A stretch of DNA of 64,000 nucleotides, taken from Amphiscolops sp. MND2022. Taxonomy: Eukaryota. A program made the position numbers and the translations under genes. The DNA lies in NCBI GenBank assembly GCA_964187785.1, contig OZ076409.1, forward strand, positions 72,976,001 through 73,040,000, written 5' to 3'. The notes beneath the pieces are model-generated. The model saw only the letters and a list, made by a program, of their open reading frames with translations, was not told where the DNA came from and made no database searches. Every line of letters begins with the position of its first letter. Positions within the stretch are counted from its first letter, which is position 1. Positions 53,001 through 64,000 of the stretch are shown here, in pieces.

Positions 53001-56000
53001 GCGTGTGGGTAGGGCCCCGTGGCGCGCTCTTGTGTCCCTGTTCTCATAACTGCAATTTCCGGCAGCATTCTGAGCGATTTTCTAAACTATCCATACGATT
53101 CGGCTGAAATTTGGCATGTGAGTTCCTATGACAGTTCTAAGAAACATTTCCTACTGGCGTTTTGCCCGGAAAATTTTTTTTGTTGACTTATAACGGTTTT
53201 TTTGGCCAAAAAATGCAATTTTTTCAAAAAAATTTTTTTTCGGAGCCCATATCTTTTTTCAGGGTGCCCGGAGCGGGACGCGTTAAACTGATTATAAACT
53301 CTACGGTTCATGGGCTTTACGGAGAACCTAGGCTCGTTTCGATCGGACAAATAGTCTTGGAGATATAACGGCATTTTTCGGGAATTTTTTGGAAATTTTT
53401 CTAACGGTCCAGCTTATCTTTGCCATTTTTTCGAAAATGTACTCGCCTAAAGGCCTCCCCTGGCCGGTTTTAATCCCAGCAAAACCATTTGGCCCTAAAT
53501 ACGGAGTTTCAGCGTTCCAGCATTCCCGGGCGAAAAGTTGTGGGACTTAGAAAAATTTCAAAATTTTTCAAAAAATTTTTTTTCCGTTTTCCGCCCTCCC
53601 CCCCGAGTGGAAAAGACCCCCCAACCAGTAGTTTGAGTGAATTCATGTGGAAAGGCCATGTTTAGAGGAGAAAAATGCCGTTTAGATCGTCTTTTCATTT
53701 TAACATGTCGTTGACTTATGTTTTTTTGAAGGTGATGTTTGGATGTGTGAAGCTTGTGAAAAGGTAATATATTGTTTCTTTAGCTCTTCTAAAAGTCATT
53801 GAGATACACGGTGTGTGACTCAGAACGTGTTTAATTCTAATTTAGCAATGCATCAACACTTTTTTGTGTCTTTTGACTCTGTTTTAAAAAATTTTTCCGA
53901 CTAAAATCAAAAATTATTTATAATTATTCACATTTTTTTTCTGATCTCATGACTCGAAACAGTTGAGTACATTCCATCTCCCTTCACGGGGGAGATGAGA
54001 ATGTACTCTTTAGAGACAAGGTACTACAGTACTTACCTTCCCCGAGCAACGCCCCATAAAAATTGCGTTTTGATCCAGATATTTTGACATAATTTTATCT
54101 TTGTAATTTGACTGGAAATGAAGAAAATGCCGCACGTGCTCTTTTATATCAAGTATCTTAACAACGCCATCTCTTTTACGTCAACGCCCCATAGTTCACA
54201 TCAACGCCCACCGTCCGTGGGCATGCCGAGGCATGCCCTTCGACGACGTATACCAAGATATACTCCCGAGCGCGGTAGCCGCTAGGTGCCGGGATTTCTA
54301 TTCGATAAAGTATGTGGCGCGCCTTGGGTAGGGTCCCTTGCGCGCTCTTGGGTATGGTGTTCACCAGCTAGGAAACAGGGGTCGATTTTTCGGGATCTCC
54401 TAAACTAGCCACACGATTTGGCTGAAATTTGGCACACGTACCCCCCTCGGCACGGTGAAGATGATTTCCTACTGACGTTTTTCCCGCAAAATTTTTTTTG
54501 TTGTCCAAAATAACGGTTTTTGGGGTAAAATTTTGAATTTTTTTTAAATTTTATCTTATATCTCGCCACGGGTTTACGCTAGCGCTTCAAAACCCTGCTA
54601 AAGAAAGCTTGCAAACTGTCTCAGGAATGCGGTGTGAAATTTTCAGCTCAATCGGACTCAAACTCAGGGAGATATAGCGTTTTTCCGGAGCGGGGGGTTT
54701 CATTTTTCTAACGGTCCAGCTTATCTTAGCCATTTTTTCGAAAATGTACTCGCCTAAAGACCTCCCCTGGCCGGTTTTATTCCCAGCAAAACCATTTGGC
54801 CCTAAATACGGAGTTTCAGCGTTCCAGCATTCCCGGGCGAAAAGTTGTGGGACTTAGAAAATTTCAAAAATTTTCAAAATTTTTTTTTTCGGTTTTCCGC
54901 CCTCCCCCCCGAGGGGAAAAGACCCCCCAACCAGTAATTTGAGTGAATTCATGTGGAAAGGCCATGTTTAGAGGAGAAAAATCCCGTTTAGATCGTCTTT
55001 TTATCTTTATTCAACGTTGACTTATGACGCTTTGAAGGTGATGTTTGGAGGTGTGAAGCACGTGAAAAGTAAACGTTATGAGTATTTATCTGATCTGAAA
55101 GCCATTGAGATGCAACCTGTTTTGCTCAAAACGTAATTCATATCAGTTTGGTAGTCAATCAACACCCTTTGTTGTCATTTGACATCTTTTTTTTGTTGAT
55201 ATAAGAAAAAATTTCGTGTATTTATTCATTTTTTTCTCATCAAATAACTTGAAACAGTTGAGTACATTCCATCCCCCCTTCACGGGGGAGATGAGAATGT
55301 ACTCGCAAAAAGCCCCAAACTACGGCCCTTACCTTCCTGAGCTACGCAGTATAAAGATTGCATATTGGTTTCGACATTTTGATAGAGTTATATCTTGGTA
55401 ATCTGTCTGGATATGCAGAAAAACCAGCACGTGCTTTTTTATACCAAGTTGCTCACAACGACAATTATTTTATATCAACGCCCCCATATTTATCAACGCC
55501 CCCCGTCCGTGGGCATGCCGAGGCATGCCCTTCGACGACGTGCACCAAGATATGTTCGAGCGCGTTAGCCTAGGTGCCGGTGTATTTTTACACAAAGGGG
55601 GATGTTGCGCGTGTGGGGAGGGTCCCTGACGCGCTTCCGTGGTTTCGGGTCTTCTAACCTATGATAGCGTGACACCTGACTTCGATCTCGTAAACTAGCC
55701 GTACGATTTGGCTGAAATTTGGCACACGTACCCCCCTCGGCCCGGTGAAGATGATTTCCTACTGACGTTTTTCCCGCTAAACATTTTTTGTTGACCAAAA
55801 TAACGGTTTTTGGGGTAAAATTTTGATTTTTTTTTAAATTTCATCTTATATCTCGCCACGGGTTTACGCTAGCGCTTCCAAACCTTGCTGACGAAACCTT
55901 GCAAACTGTCTCAGGAATGCGGTGTGAAATTTTCAGCTCAATCGGACCCAAACTCGGGGAGAAATAGCGTTTTTCCGGAGCGGGGGGGTTTCATTTTTCT

Positions 56001-59000
56001 AACGGTCAGGCTTATCTTTGCCATTTTTTCGAAAATGCACTCGCCTAAAGGCCTCTCCTGGCCGGTTTTATTCCCAACAAAACCATTTGGCCCTAAATAC
56101 GGAGTTTCAGCGTTCCAGCATTCCCGGGCGAAAAGTTGTGGGACTTAGAAAAGTTCAAAAATTTTCAAAAAAATTTTTTTCCGTTATTTGGGCCCTCAAA
56201 GTGGGGGAAAAGACCCCCCAACCAGTAAAGCAAGTGAATGCATGTGGAAAGCCCTTGTTTAGACGAGAAAAATGCCGTTTAGAACGTCTTTTTATCTTAA
56301 CTTGACATTGACTTTTGTCGTTTCGAAGGTGACCGTTAGATACGGAAAATTGATGTTTTGAGTATTTATCCCATCTGAAAGCCATTGAGATACAACATGT
56401 TTTGCTCAAAACGTGTTTCATTGCAGTTTCGCTGTCCATTATCACCCTTTGGTGTCTTTTCACGTAATTTTCGTTTCTATAATAACAATTTTTTTGTGTA
56501 TTTATTCATTTTTTTCTCATCAAATAACTTGAAACAGTTGAGTACATTCCATCTCCCTTCCCGGGGGAGATGAGAATGTACTCGCTAAAGGTCAGGAACT
56601 ACGGTCTATATCTTCCACAACACAAAAGGGATTGCAAATGGTTTCAGTTTGTCGCAGAAAACTTCTTTTTGCCCTCTGTGACTCGACAAAATGAACGTTT
56701 CTTACTTACTTTGAAACTCAGCATACCACAACTCTTTTCAACGTCAGCGCCCCCCTACTTGCATCAACGCCCACCGTCCGTGGGCATGCCGAGGCATGCC
56801 CTTCGACGACGTATACCAAGATATACCTGGAGCGCGGTAGCCGCTAGGTGCCGGTGTTTTTTTACACAATGGGGGAAGTTGCGCGGTTGGGGAGGGTCCC
56901 TGACGCGCTTCCGTGGTATCGGGTCTTTCAACCGATGAAAACGACATAAAAAATTGGGATCTCGTAAACTAGCCATACGATTTGGCTGAAATTTGGCACA
57001 CGTACCCCCCTCGGCACGGTGAAGATGATTCCCTACTGACGTTTTTCCCGCTAAACATTTTTTGTTGCCCAAAATAACGGTTTTTGGGGTAAAATTTTCA
57101 ACTTTTTTTAAATTTCATCTTATATCTCGCCACGGGTACACGCTAGCGCTTCCAAACCTTGCTGACGAAAGTTTGCAAACTGTCTCAGGATTGCTGTGTG
57201 AAATTTTCAGCTCAAACGGACTTAAACTCGAGGAGATATAGCGTTTTTCCGGAGCGGGGGGGTTTCATTTTTCTAACGGTCCAGCTTATCTTAGCCATTT
57301 TTTCGAAAATGTAATCGCCTAAAGGCCTCCCCTGGCCGGTTTTACTCCCAGCAAAACCATTTGGCCCTAAATACGGAGTTTCAGCGTTCCAGCATTCCCG
57401 GGCGAAAAGTTGTGGGACTTAGAAAATTTCAAAAATTTTCAAAAAAATTTTTTCCGTTATTTGGGCCCCCAAAGTGGGGGAAAAGACCCCCCAACCATTA
57501 AAGCAAGTGAATGCATGTGCAAAGCCCTTGTTTGGACGAGAAAAATGCCGTTTAGAACGTCTTTTTATCTTTACTCAACGTTGACTTATGACGTTTTGAA
57601 GGTGATGTAAAGAGGTGTGAAGCACGTGAAAAGTAAACGTTATGAGTATTTATTTGATCTGAAAGCCATTCAGATGCAATCTGATTTGCCCAAAACGTAA
57701 TTCATGGCAGTTTGGCAATCAATCAACACCCTTTGTTGTCGTTTGACATACTTTTTTGTTGTTATAATAAAAAATTTTGTGTATTTATTCATTTTTTTCT
57801 CATCAAATAACTTGAAACAGTTGAGTACATTCCATCCCCCCCTTCCGGGGGAGATGAGAATGTACTCGCAAAAAGCACCGAACTACGGCCCTTACCTCCC
57901 CGAGCTACGCAGTATAGGGATTACATATTGGTTCCGACATTTTCATAGAGTTATATCTTGGTAATCTGTCTGGATATGCAGAAAAATCAGCACGTGCCTT
58001 TTAATACCAAGTTGCTCACAACGACAATTATTTTATATCAACGCCCCCATATTCATCAACGCCCCCGTCCGTGGGCATGCCGAGGCATGCCCTTCGACGA
58101 CGTATACCAAGATATGCGTTAACGCGTTAGCCTAGGTGGCCGGAAATTTTTTTTTCATCAAAATCTTTGCCATTGGGGGAGGGGCCCCGGATGGCCAGTA
58201 GTACGGGATAGCTTCCTACCAAATCCAGATGGAAAAAACGTGATTTCGGAAACTAGCCGTCAGAATTTGCTCAAATTTTGCATACGGCTTCCTATGACAA
58301 TCCTAAGAACTAATCCCTACTGGCATTTTGCCCAAAAAACGCAAAAAGTTGGTCAAAATCTTAGTTTTTTGGTCAAAAAATGGCAATTTTTCGAAAAAAA
58401 TTTTTTTCAGAGACAATTACTCGTAACTGGTTCACCCAGCGCAAAAACGCCTAGCTGATTTATTGTTGGGCACTTCATGAGGAGTGCGTATACAAATTTT
58501 TGTCCAGATCGGAAAAAAAATGACTAAGTATTAGCCGGAATTCGGACGCATTTTTTCGCAAATTTTTGAAAACCTAGTCTATCTCTGCCGTTTTTTGCCC
58601 AGATTTTTTTCCAGGTCCTCTCCTAAAGGCCTCCCCTGGCCGGTTTACTTCCCAGAAAAACCAATTGGCCCTCAATACGGAGTTTCAGCGTTCTAGAATT
58701 CCCGGGCGAAAATATGTGGGACTTAGAAAAAATTCAAAATTTTTCAAAAATTTTTTTTTTCGTTTTCCGGCCCCCCAATGAAGGGGAACGACCCCCCCAA
58801 CGAGGATTTTTGGTGAATTCACGTGGAAAGGCCTTGTTTTGTGGAGCAAATTGCCGTTTAGAGCAACTTTTTATCTTAACTTGACGTTGACCTCTGTCGT
58901 TTTGAATTTGATATTAGTATGTGTTGAGCATGTGAAAATTTGATGATTTCAGTTGTTCTCTCGTGTTCAAGCCATTGAGATACAAGCGGTAGTGATCAAA

Positions 59001-62000
59001 ATGTGATTTATCGCAATTTGATGGTGCTTTTGGTGTATTTTGATTCTTTTAAATAAAAAGTTGTTCTTTATATATTTGGTGTATTGATTCAAATGAATAA
59101 GAAACAGTTGAGTACATTTCATCTCCCCCCTTGTGGGGGAGATGAGGATGTACCCGCTAAATGACACGCACAATGGCCTAATTTTATTTTTATGCGACAT
59201 TTTCTAGGCTTTTGCGCAAGCCCACTAAAATTTAGACTGGTTTCCTTTTCTTTTACTCCAAAATTTTCCGTACTAACCACGTTACGCACCACCAGCTCAA
59301 CGTAACATCTGTAACGTCAACGCCACACACTCTCACTAACGCCCACCGTCCGTGGGCATGCCGAGGCATGCCCTTCGACGACGTATGCCAAATAGCGCCA
59401 CAGGGCGCAAACATTCCCGCTAGGTGCCGGGATTTTCTATTCGACAAGTTTGCGCGCCTTGGGGAGGGTCCCTTTGCGCGCTTTAAGATCCAGGTGTTTC
59501 CAACTCCTAAACGGGCATGTGATTTCGACGATCTCCTAAACTAGCCATACGATTTGGCTGAAATTTGGCACACGTACCCCCCTCGGCACGGTGAAGATGA
59601 TTTCCTACTGACGTTTTTCCCGCTAAACATTTTTTGTTGACCAAAATAACGGTTTTTGGGGTAAAATTTTCAACTTTTTTTAAATTTCATCTTATATCTT
59701 GCCACGGGTACACGCTAGCGCTTCCAAACCTTGCTGACGAAAGTTTGCAAACTGTCTCAGGAATGCTGTGTGAAATTTTCAGCTCAATCGGACTCAAACT
59801 CGAGGAGATATAGCGTTTTTCCGGAGCGGGGGGGTTTCATTTTTCTAACGGTCCAGCTTATCTTTGCCATTTTTTCGAAAATGCACTCCCCTAAAGGCCT
59901 CCCCTGGCCGGTTTTATTCCCAGCAAAACCATTTGGCCCTAAATACGGAGTTTCAGCGTTCCAGCATTCCCGGGCGAAAAGTTGTGGGACTTAGAAAAGT
60001 TCAAAAATTTTCAAAAAAAATTTTTTCCGTTATTTGGGCCCTCAAAGTGGGGGAAAAGACCCCCCAACCAGTAAAGCAAGTGAATGCATGTGGAAAGCCC
60101 TTGTTTAGACGAGAAAAATGCCGTTTAGAACGTCTTTTTATCTTAAGTTGACATTGACTTTTGTCGTTTTGAAGGTGACCGTTAGATACGGAAAATTGAT
60201 GTTTTGAGTATTTATCCCATCTGAAAGCCATTGAGATACAACATGTTTTGCTCAAAACGTGTTTCATTGCAGTTTCGCTGTCCATTATCACCCTTTGGTG
60301 TCTTTTCACGTAATTTTCGTTTTTATAATAACAATTTTTTTGTGTATTTATTCATTTTTTTCTCATCAAATAACTTGAAACAGTTGAGTACATTCCATCT
60401 CCCTTCCCGGGGGAGATGAGAATGTACTCGCTAAAGGTCAGGAACTACGGTCTATATCTTCCACAACACAAAAGGGATTGCAAATGGTTTCAGTTTGTCG
60501 CAGAAAACTTCTTTTGGCCCTCTGTGACTCGACAAAATGAACGTTTCTTACTTACTTTGAAACTCAGCATACCACAACTCATCTCTAACGTCAGCGCCCC
60601 CCTACTTGCATCAACGCCCACCGTCCGTGGGCATGCCGAGGCATGCCCTTCGACGACGTATGCCCAAGATATACCTGGAGCGCGGTAGCCGCTAGGTGGC
60701 CGTGTCTTTTCGACGTGCTTTTGCATCGAGGAGTGGGTAGGGCCCCGCGACGACCTAGAAGAATTGGATGCTCACCGAAACGTGCAGAATTCTACGAGAT
60801 CTCATAGTTTGAGCCATACGATTTTTCTGAAATTTGGCATGTGGCCTGGAATTGGTGAGTAGGTAAAACGTGTAGGAGGTAATTTTTCCCAAATTCCATT
60901 GTGAGAGGAGATATGGGCAAATAACGGTCCCAAAAATGGCAAAATTGCACTTTTTTCAACTTTGTCAGCCCATATCTCGTTCCCAGGTGCCCGGAGCGGG
61001 ACGCGTTAAGCTGATTATAAACTCTAGGGTGTTGAGGCTGTACGGGGAAGTCAGGCCCGTTCCGATCGGACTTGTAGTCTTGGAGAAATAACGGTATTTT
61101 TGGGGAACCTTTTCTAACAGTCCAGCTTATCTTTGCCATTTTTTCGAAAATGTACTCGCCTAAAGGCCTCCCCCTGGCCGAATTTACTCCCAGCAAAACC
61201 ATTTGGCCCTAAATACGGAGTTTCAGCGTTCCAGCATTCCCGGGCGAAAAGTTGTGGGACTTAGAAAAATTTCAAAAATTTTCAAAAAATTTTTTTTCCG
61301 TTTTCCGCCCTCCCCCCCGAGGGGAAAATACCCCCCAACCAGTAATTTGAGTGAATGCATGTCAAAAGCCCTTGTTTTGACGAGAAAAATACCGTTTAGA
61401 ACATCTTTTTATCTTGACTCAACGTTGACTTATGACGTTTTGAATGTGATGTAAGGATGTAGGAGGCATGTGATAAGTTGATGTTTTGAGACTTTATCTC
61501 ATATGAAAGCGGTTGAGATGCAAGCTGTCCTGCTCAAAACGTCTTTCGTTATAATTTTCCAGTGCACCAATACCCTTTGGTGTCATATAAACATACTTTT
61601 TGTCGATATATTAACAATTTTAATGTATTTATTCCAATTTTTATTATCTTATAACTCAAAACAGTTGAGTACATTTCATCTCCCTTTCGGGGGAGATGAG
61701 AATGTACTCGCTAAAGACCTAGCGCCATGACCAAAAGTTTGAAACCCACGTTTTTTATCTTCTTACAGACTTGTTTTTGTATTTTTTCGGAATTTTTTAA
61801 AAATTAATATACTTGAAATACATTACTTGACTTTACTACTACAATCCACCTTCAACGTCAACGCCCCCCTGCTTGCATCAACGCCCACCGTCCGTGGGCA
61901 TGCCGAGGCATGCCCTTCGACGACGTATGCCAAATGCCCAGTGCCACGCAGTCATTATCGCTAGGTGCCGGGATTTTCTATTCGTTTGGGGAAGATGCGC

Positions 62001-64000
62001 GCTGTTGGGGAGGGTCCCGGGCGCGCTCAGGTGTTTGTGGTTTTCCAACTTTGGAATCAGCACCCGCTGGGAACGATCTCGAGAACTATCCATACGATTT
62101 GGCTGAAATTTTGCATGTGGCTCCCAATGGACATTGTAAGAACAAATCCCTACTGGCGTTTTGCTGGGAAAAATCAAAATGTTGGTCAAAAATGCGATTT
62201 TCCGACGAAATTTTTGACTTTTTTTACTTTGACAGTCAAAATCTCGCCACAGGGTTACGCTAGCTACCCTAAACCTCCCCAATTATAATTTGCAAACTGT
62301 CTCAGGAATGCGGTGTGAAATTTTCAGGTCAATCGGACTTAAACTCAGCGACTTAGAGCGATTTTTTAGGTGCATTTTTTGACATTTTTTGCAATTGCCG
62401 ATTTATCTCTGCCGTTTTTTGCCCAGATTTTTTTTGAGACCCTCTCCTAAAGACCTCCCCTGGCCGGTTTACTTCCCAGCAAAACCATTTGGCCCTAAAT
62501 ACGAAGTTTCAGCGTTCTAGCAATCCCGGGCGAAAAGTTATGGGACTTAGAAAATTTTTTCGAAAACGCAAAATGTGTAAAGTCAACTTCAGGCCTTCCA
62601 AAGTCAAGGAACTTCCACACAACTAGTATTGCAAGTGAATGCATGTGGAAAGTACTCGAATAGACGAGGAAAATGAGCTATAGAATGTCTCTGTATCTTA
62701 ACTTGACGTTGACTTATGGTGTTTTGAATGTGGGCTTCCTGAGGGGTCTGAAAAGCAAAAATTAAAAATGGAAACTAAGTCTTATTGAAAACTCACTAGA
62801 TTCCGTGCAATCGACCCCAGAACGTGCTCAATTGTAGTTTCCTAATCTATCAACGCCATTCAAGGTCTTCTGACTAATGTTGAAAAAATTGATACCGTAT
62901 TATTCATCCGAGAGCACGAAACAGTTGAGTACATTCCATCTCCCTTTCGGGGGAGATGAGAATGTACTCGCTAAAGTCCAGGTACTACAGCCCATATTTG
63001 TTTTTATGCGGCGCTCTTTAAACTAGTGTGTAGACGTATTAATCTTTTAACTGAATTTTCTTTTGTCTACACTTTGAGTTTGACTTGACATACACTGAAC
63101 GTTTTGTCCTTACAACATACACATTACTAACGTCAACGCCCCATCCTTGCATCAACGCCCACCGTCCGTGGGCATGCCGAGGCATGCCCTTCGACGACGT
63201 ATACCAAGATATACATAAGCGCGGTAGCCGCTAGGTGCCGGGATTTCTATTCGATAAAGTATGTGGCGCGCCTTGGGTAGGGTCCCTTGCGCGCTCTTGG
63301 GTATGGTGTTCACCAGCTAGGAAACAGGGGTCGATTTTTCGGGATCTCCTAAACTAGCCACACGATTTGGCTGAAATTTGGCACACGTACCCCCCTCGGC
63401 ACGGTGAAGATGATTCCCTACTGACGTTTTGCTCGCTAAACATTTTTTGTTGACCAAAATAACGGTTTTTGGGGTAAAATTTTCAACTTTTTTTAAATTT
63501 CATCTTATATCTCGCCACGGGTTTACGCTAGCGCTTCCAAATCTTGCTGACGAAACCTTGCAAACTGTCTCAGGAATGCGGTGTGAAATTTTCAGCTCAA
63601 TCGGACTTAAACTCAGGGAGATATAGCGTTTTTCCGGAGCGGGGGGGTTTCATTTTTCTAACGGTCCAGCTTATCTTAGCCATTTTTTCGAAAATGTACT
63701 CGCCTAAAGACCTCCCCTGGCCGGTTTTATTCCCAGCAAAACCATTTGGCCCTAAATACGGAGTTTCAGCGTTCCAGCATTCCCGGGCGAAAAGTTGTGG
63801 GACTTAGAAAATTTCAAAAATTTTCAAAATTTTTTTTTTCGGTTTTCCGCCCTCCCCCCCGAGGGGAAAAGACCCCCCAACCAGTAATTTGAGTGAATTC
63901 ATGTGGAAAGGCCATGTTTAGAGGAGAAAAATCCCGTTTAAATCGTCTTTTTATCTTTATTCAACGTTGACTTATGACGTTTTGAAGGTGATGTTTGGAG
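44017..64000 (+). repeat. Right block of standard-length units (15 core-to-core intervals of 1267-1314 bp)
   Basis: Same box order and mostly the same unit types as the left block, in a different order. Confidence 0.95.

Larger units (their letters stand above)
1..64000 (+). repeat. Long tandem array of ~1.28-kb non-coding units (47 intact cores plus 1 degenerate), running off both window ends
   Basis: The palindrome (G/A)GGCATGCCGAGGCATGCC(C/T) starts at about 196, 1468, 2759, 4031, 5295, 6563, 7856, 9128, 10424, 11703, 13000, 14270, 15566, 16877, 18147, 19416, 20707, 21980, 23261, 24543, 25833, 27124, 28415, 29704, 30996, 32270, 33586, 36371, 38347, 40545, 41933, 43953, 45228, 46506, 47788, 49057, 50338, 51610, 52905, 54219, 55511, 56782, 58073, 59354, 60629, 61896 and 63170. 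All copies have the same flanking orientation. Confidence 0.98.

Noticed and set aside
177..63200. CRISPR array (invariant palindromic repeat with variable intervening DNA)
   Set aside because: The intervals are ~1.2 kb or more and homologous to each other, rather than unique 25-70-bp spacers. There are no cas genes.
44..63807. Short ORFs from the six-frame track, including the recurring 136-aa minus-strand ORF (4192-4602, 5460-5870, 47954-48364, 50504-50914, 60792-61202)
   Set aside because: All are at most 136 aa, overlap in several frames and strands, often use non-ATG starts, and are broken by homopolymer indels between copies. I recognise no domain. They recur only because the DNA is repeated.
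1..64000. Tandem 5S rRNA, tRNA, snRNA or spliced-leader gene cluster
   Set aside because: I recognised no such RNA sequence, cloverleaf, Pol III box arrangement or Sm-site/leader structure. An Rfam/Infernal scan would be needed to exclude an unknown ncRNA.
1..64000. Pure assembly or sequencing artefact (concatemer of one template)
   Set aside because: Units differ by large discrete alleles with shared diagnostic variants and compensatory changes. Homopolymer length differences may be errors, and the exact unit order still needs confirmation from long reads.

Overview
The whole 64 kb window is one non-coding, head-to-tail tandem array with no credible protein-coding gene, rRNA, tRNA or CRISPR. 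It has 47 intact copies (plus one decayed copy) of a nearly invariant core, TCAACGCCC(A/C)CCGTC(C/T)GT-GGGCATGCC-GA-GGCATGCCC-TTCGACGAC. 41 core-to-core intervals are 1264-1316 bp. A central block (33646-44016) holds five longer, more divergent units of 1.4-2.8 kb. The units are not a homogenised satellite. They fall into discrete sequence types bounded at a CT(A/G)GGTG motif about 40-55 bp downstream of the core, and near-identical types recur far apart with different neighbours. Each unit is a mosaic of exchangeable modules between conserved boxes. Conserved signals are: 2-3 CAACG direct repeats; a 20-bp palindrome with a compensatory change, which also matches the p53-family consensus at 19/20; a ~44-bp bulged hairpin that is replaced in four long units by a sequence-unrelated hairpin of similar shape; four 36-bp fixed-spacing motifs in a symmetric layout; and phased A/T tracts. 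My best reading (inference) is a probably eukaryotic array of non-autonomous mobile units or cassettes that are moved or recombined at a fixed junction by an enzyme encoded elsewhere. All coordinates and comparisons were read by eye, with no alignment or database search.
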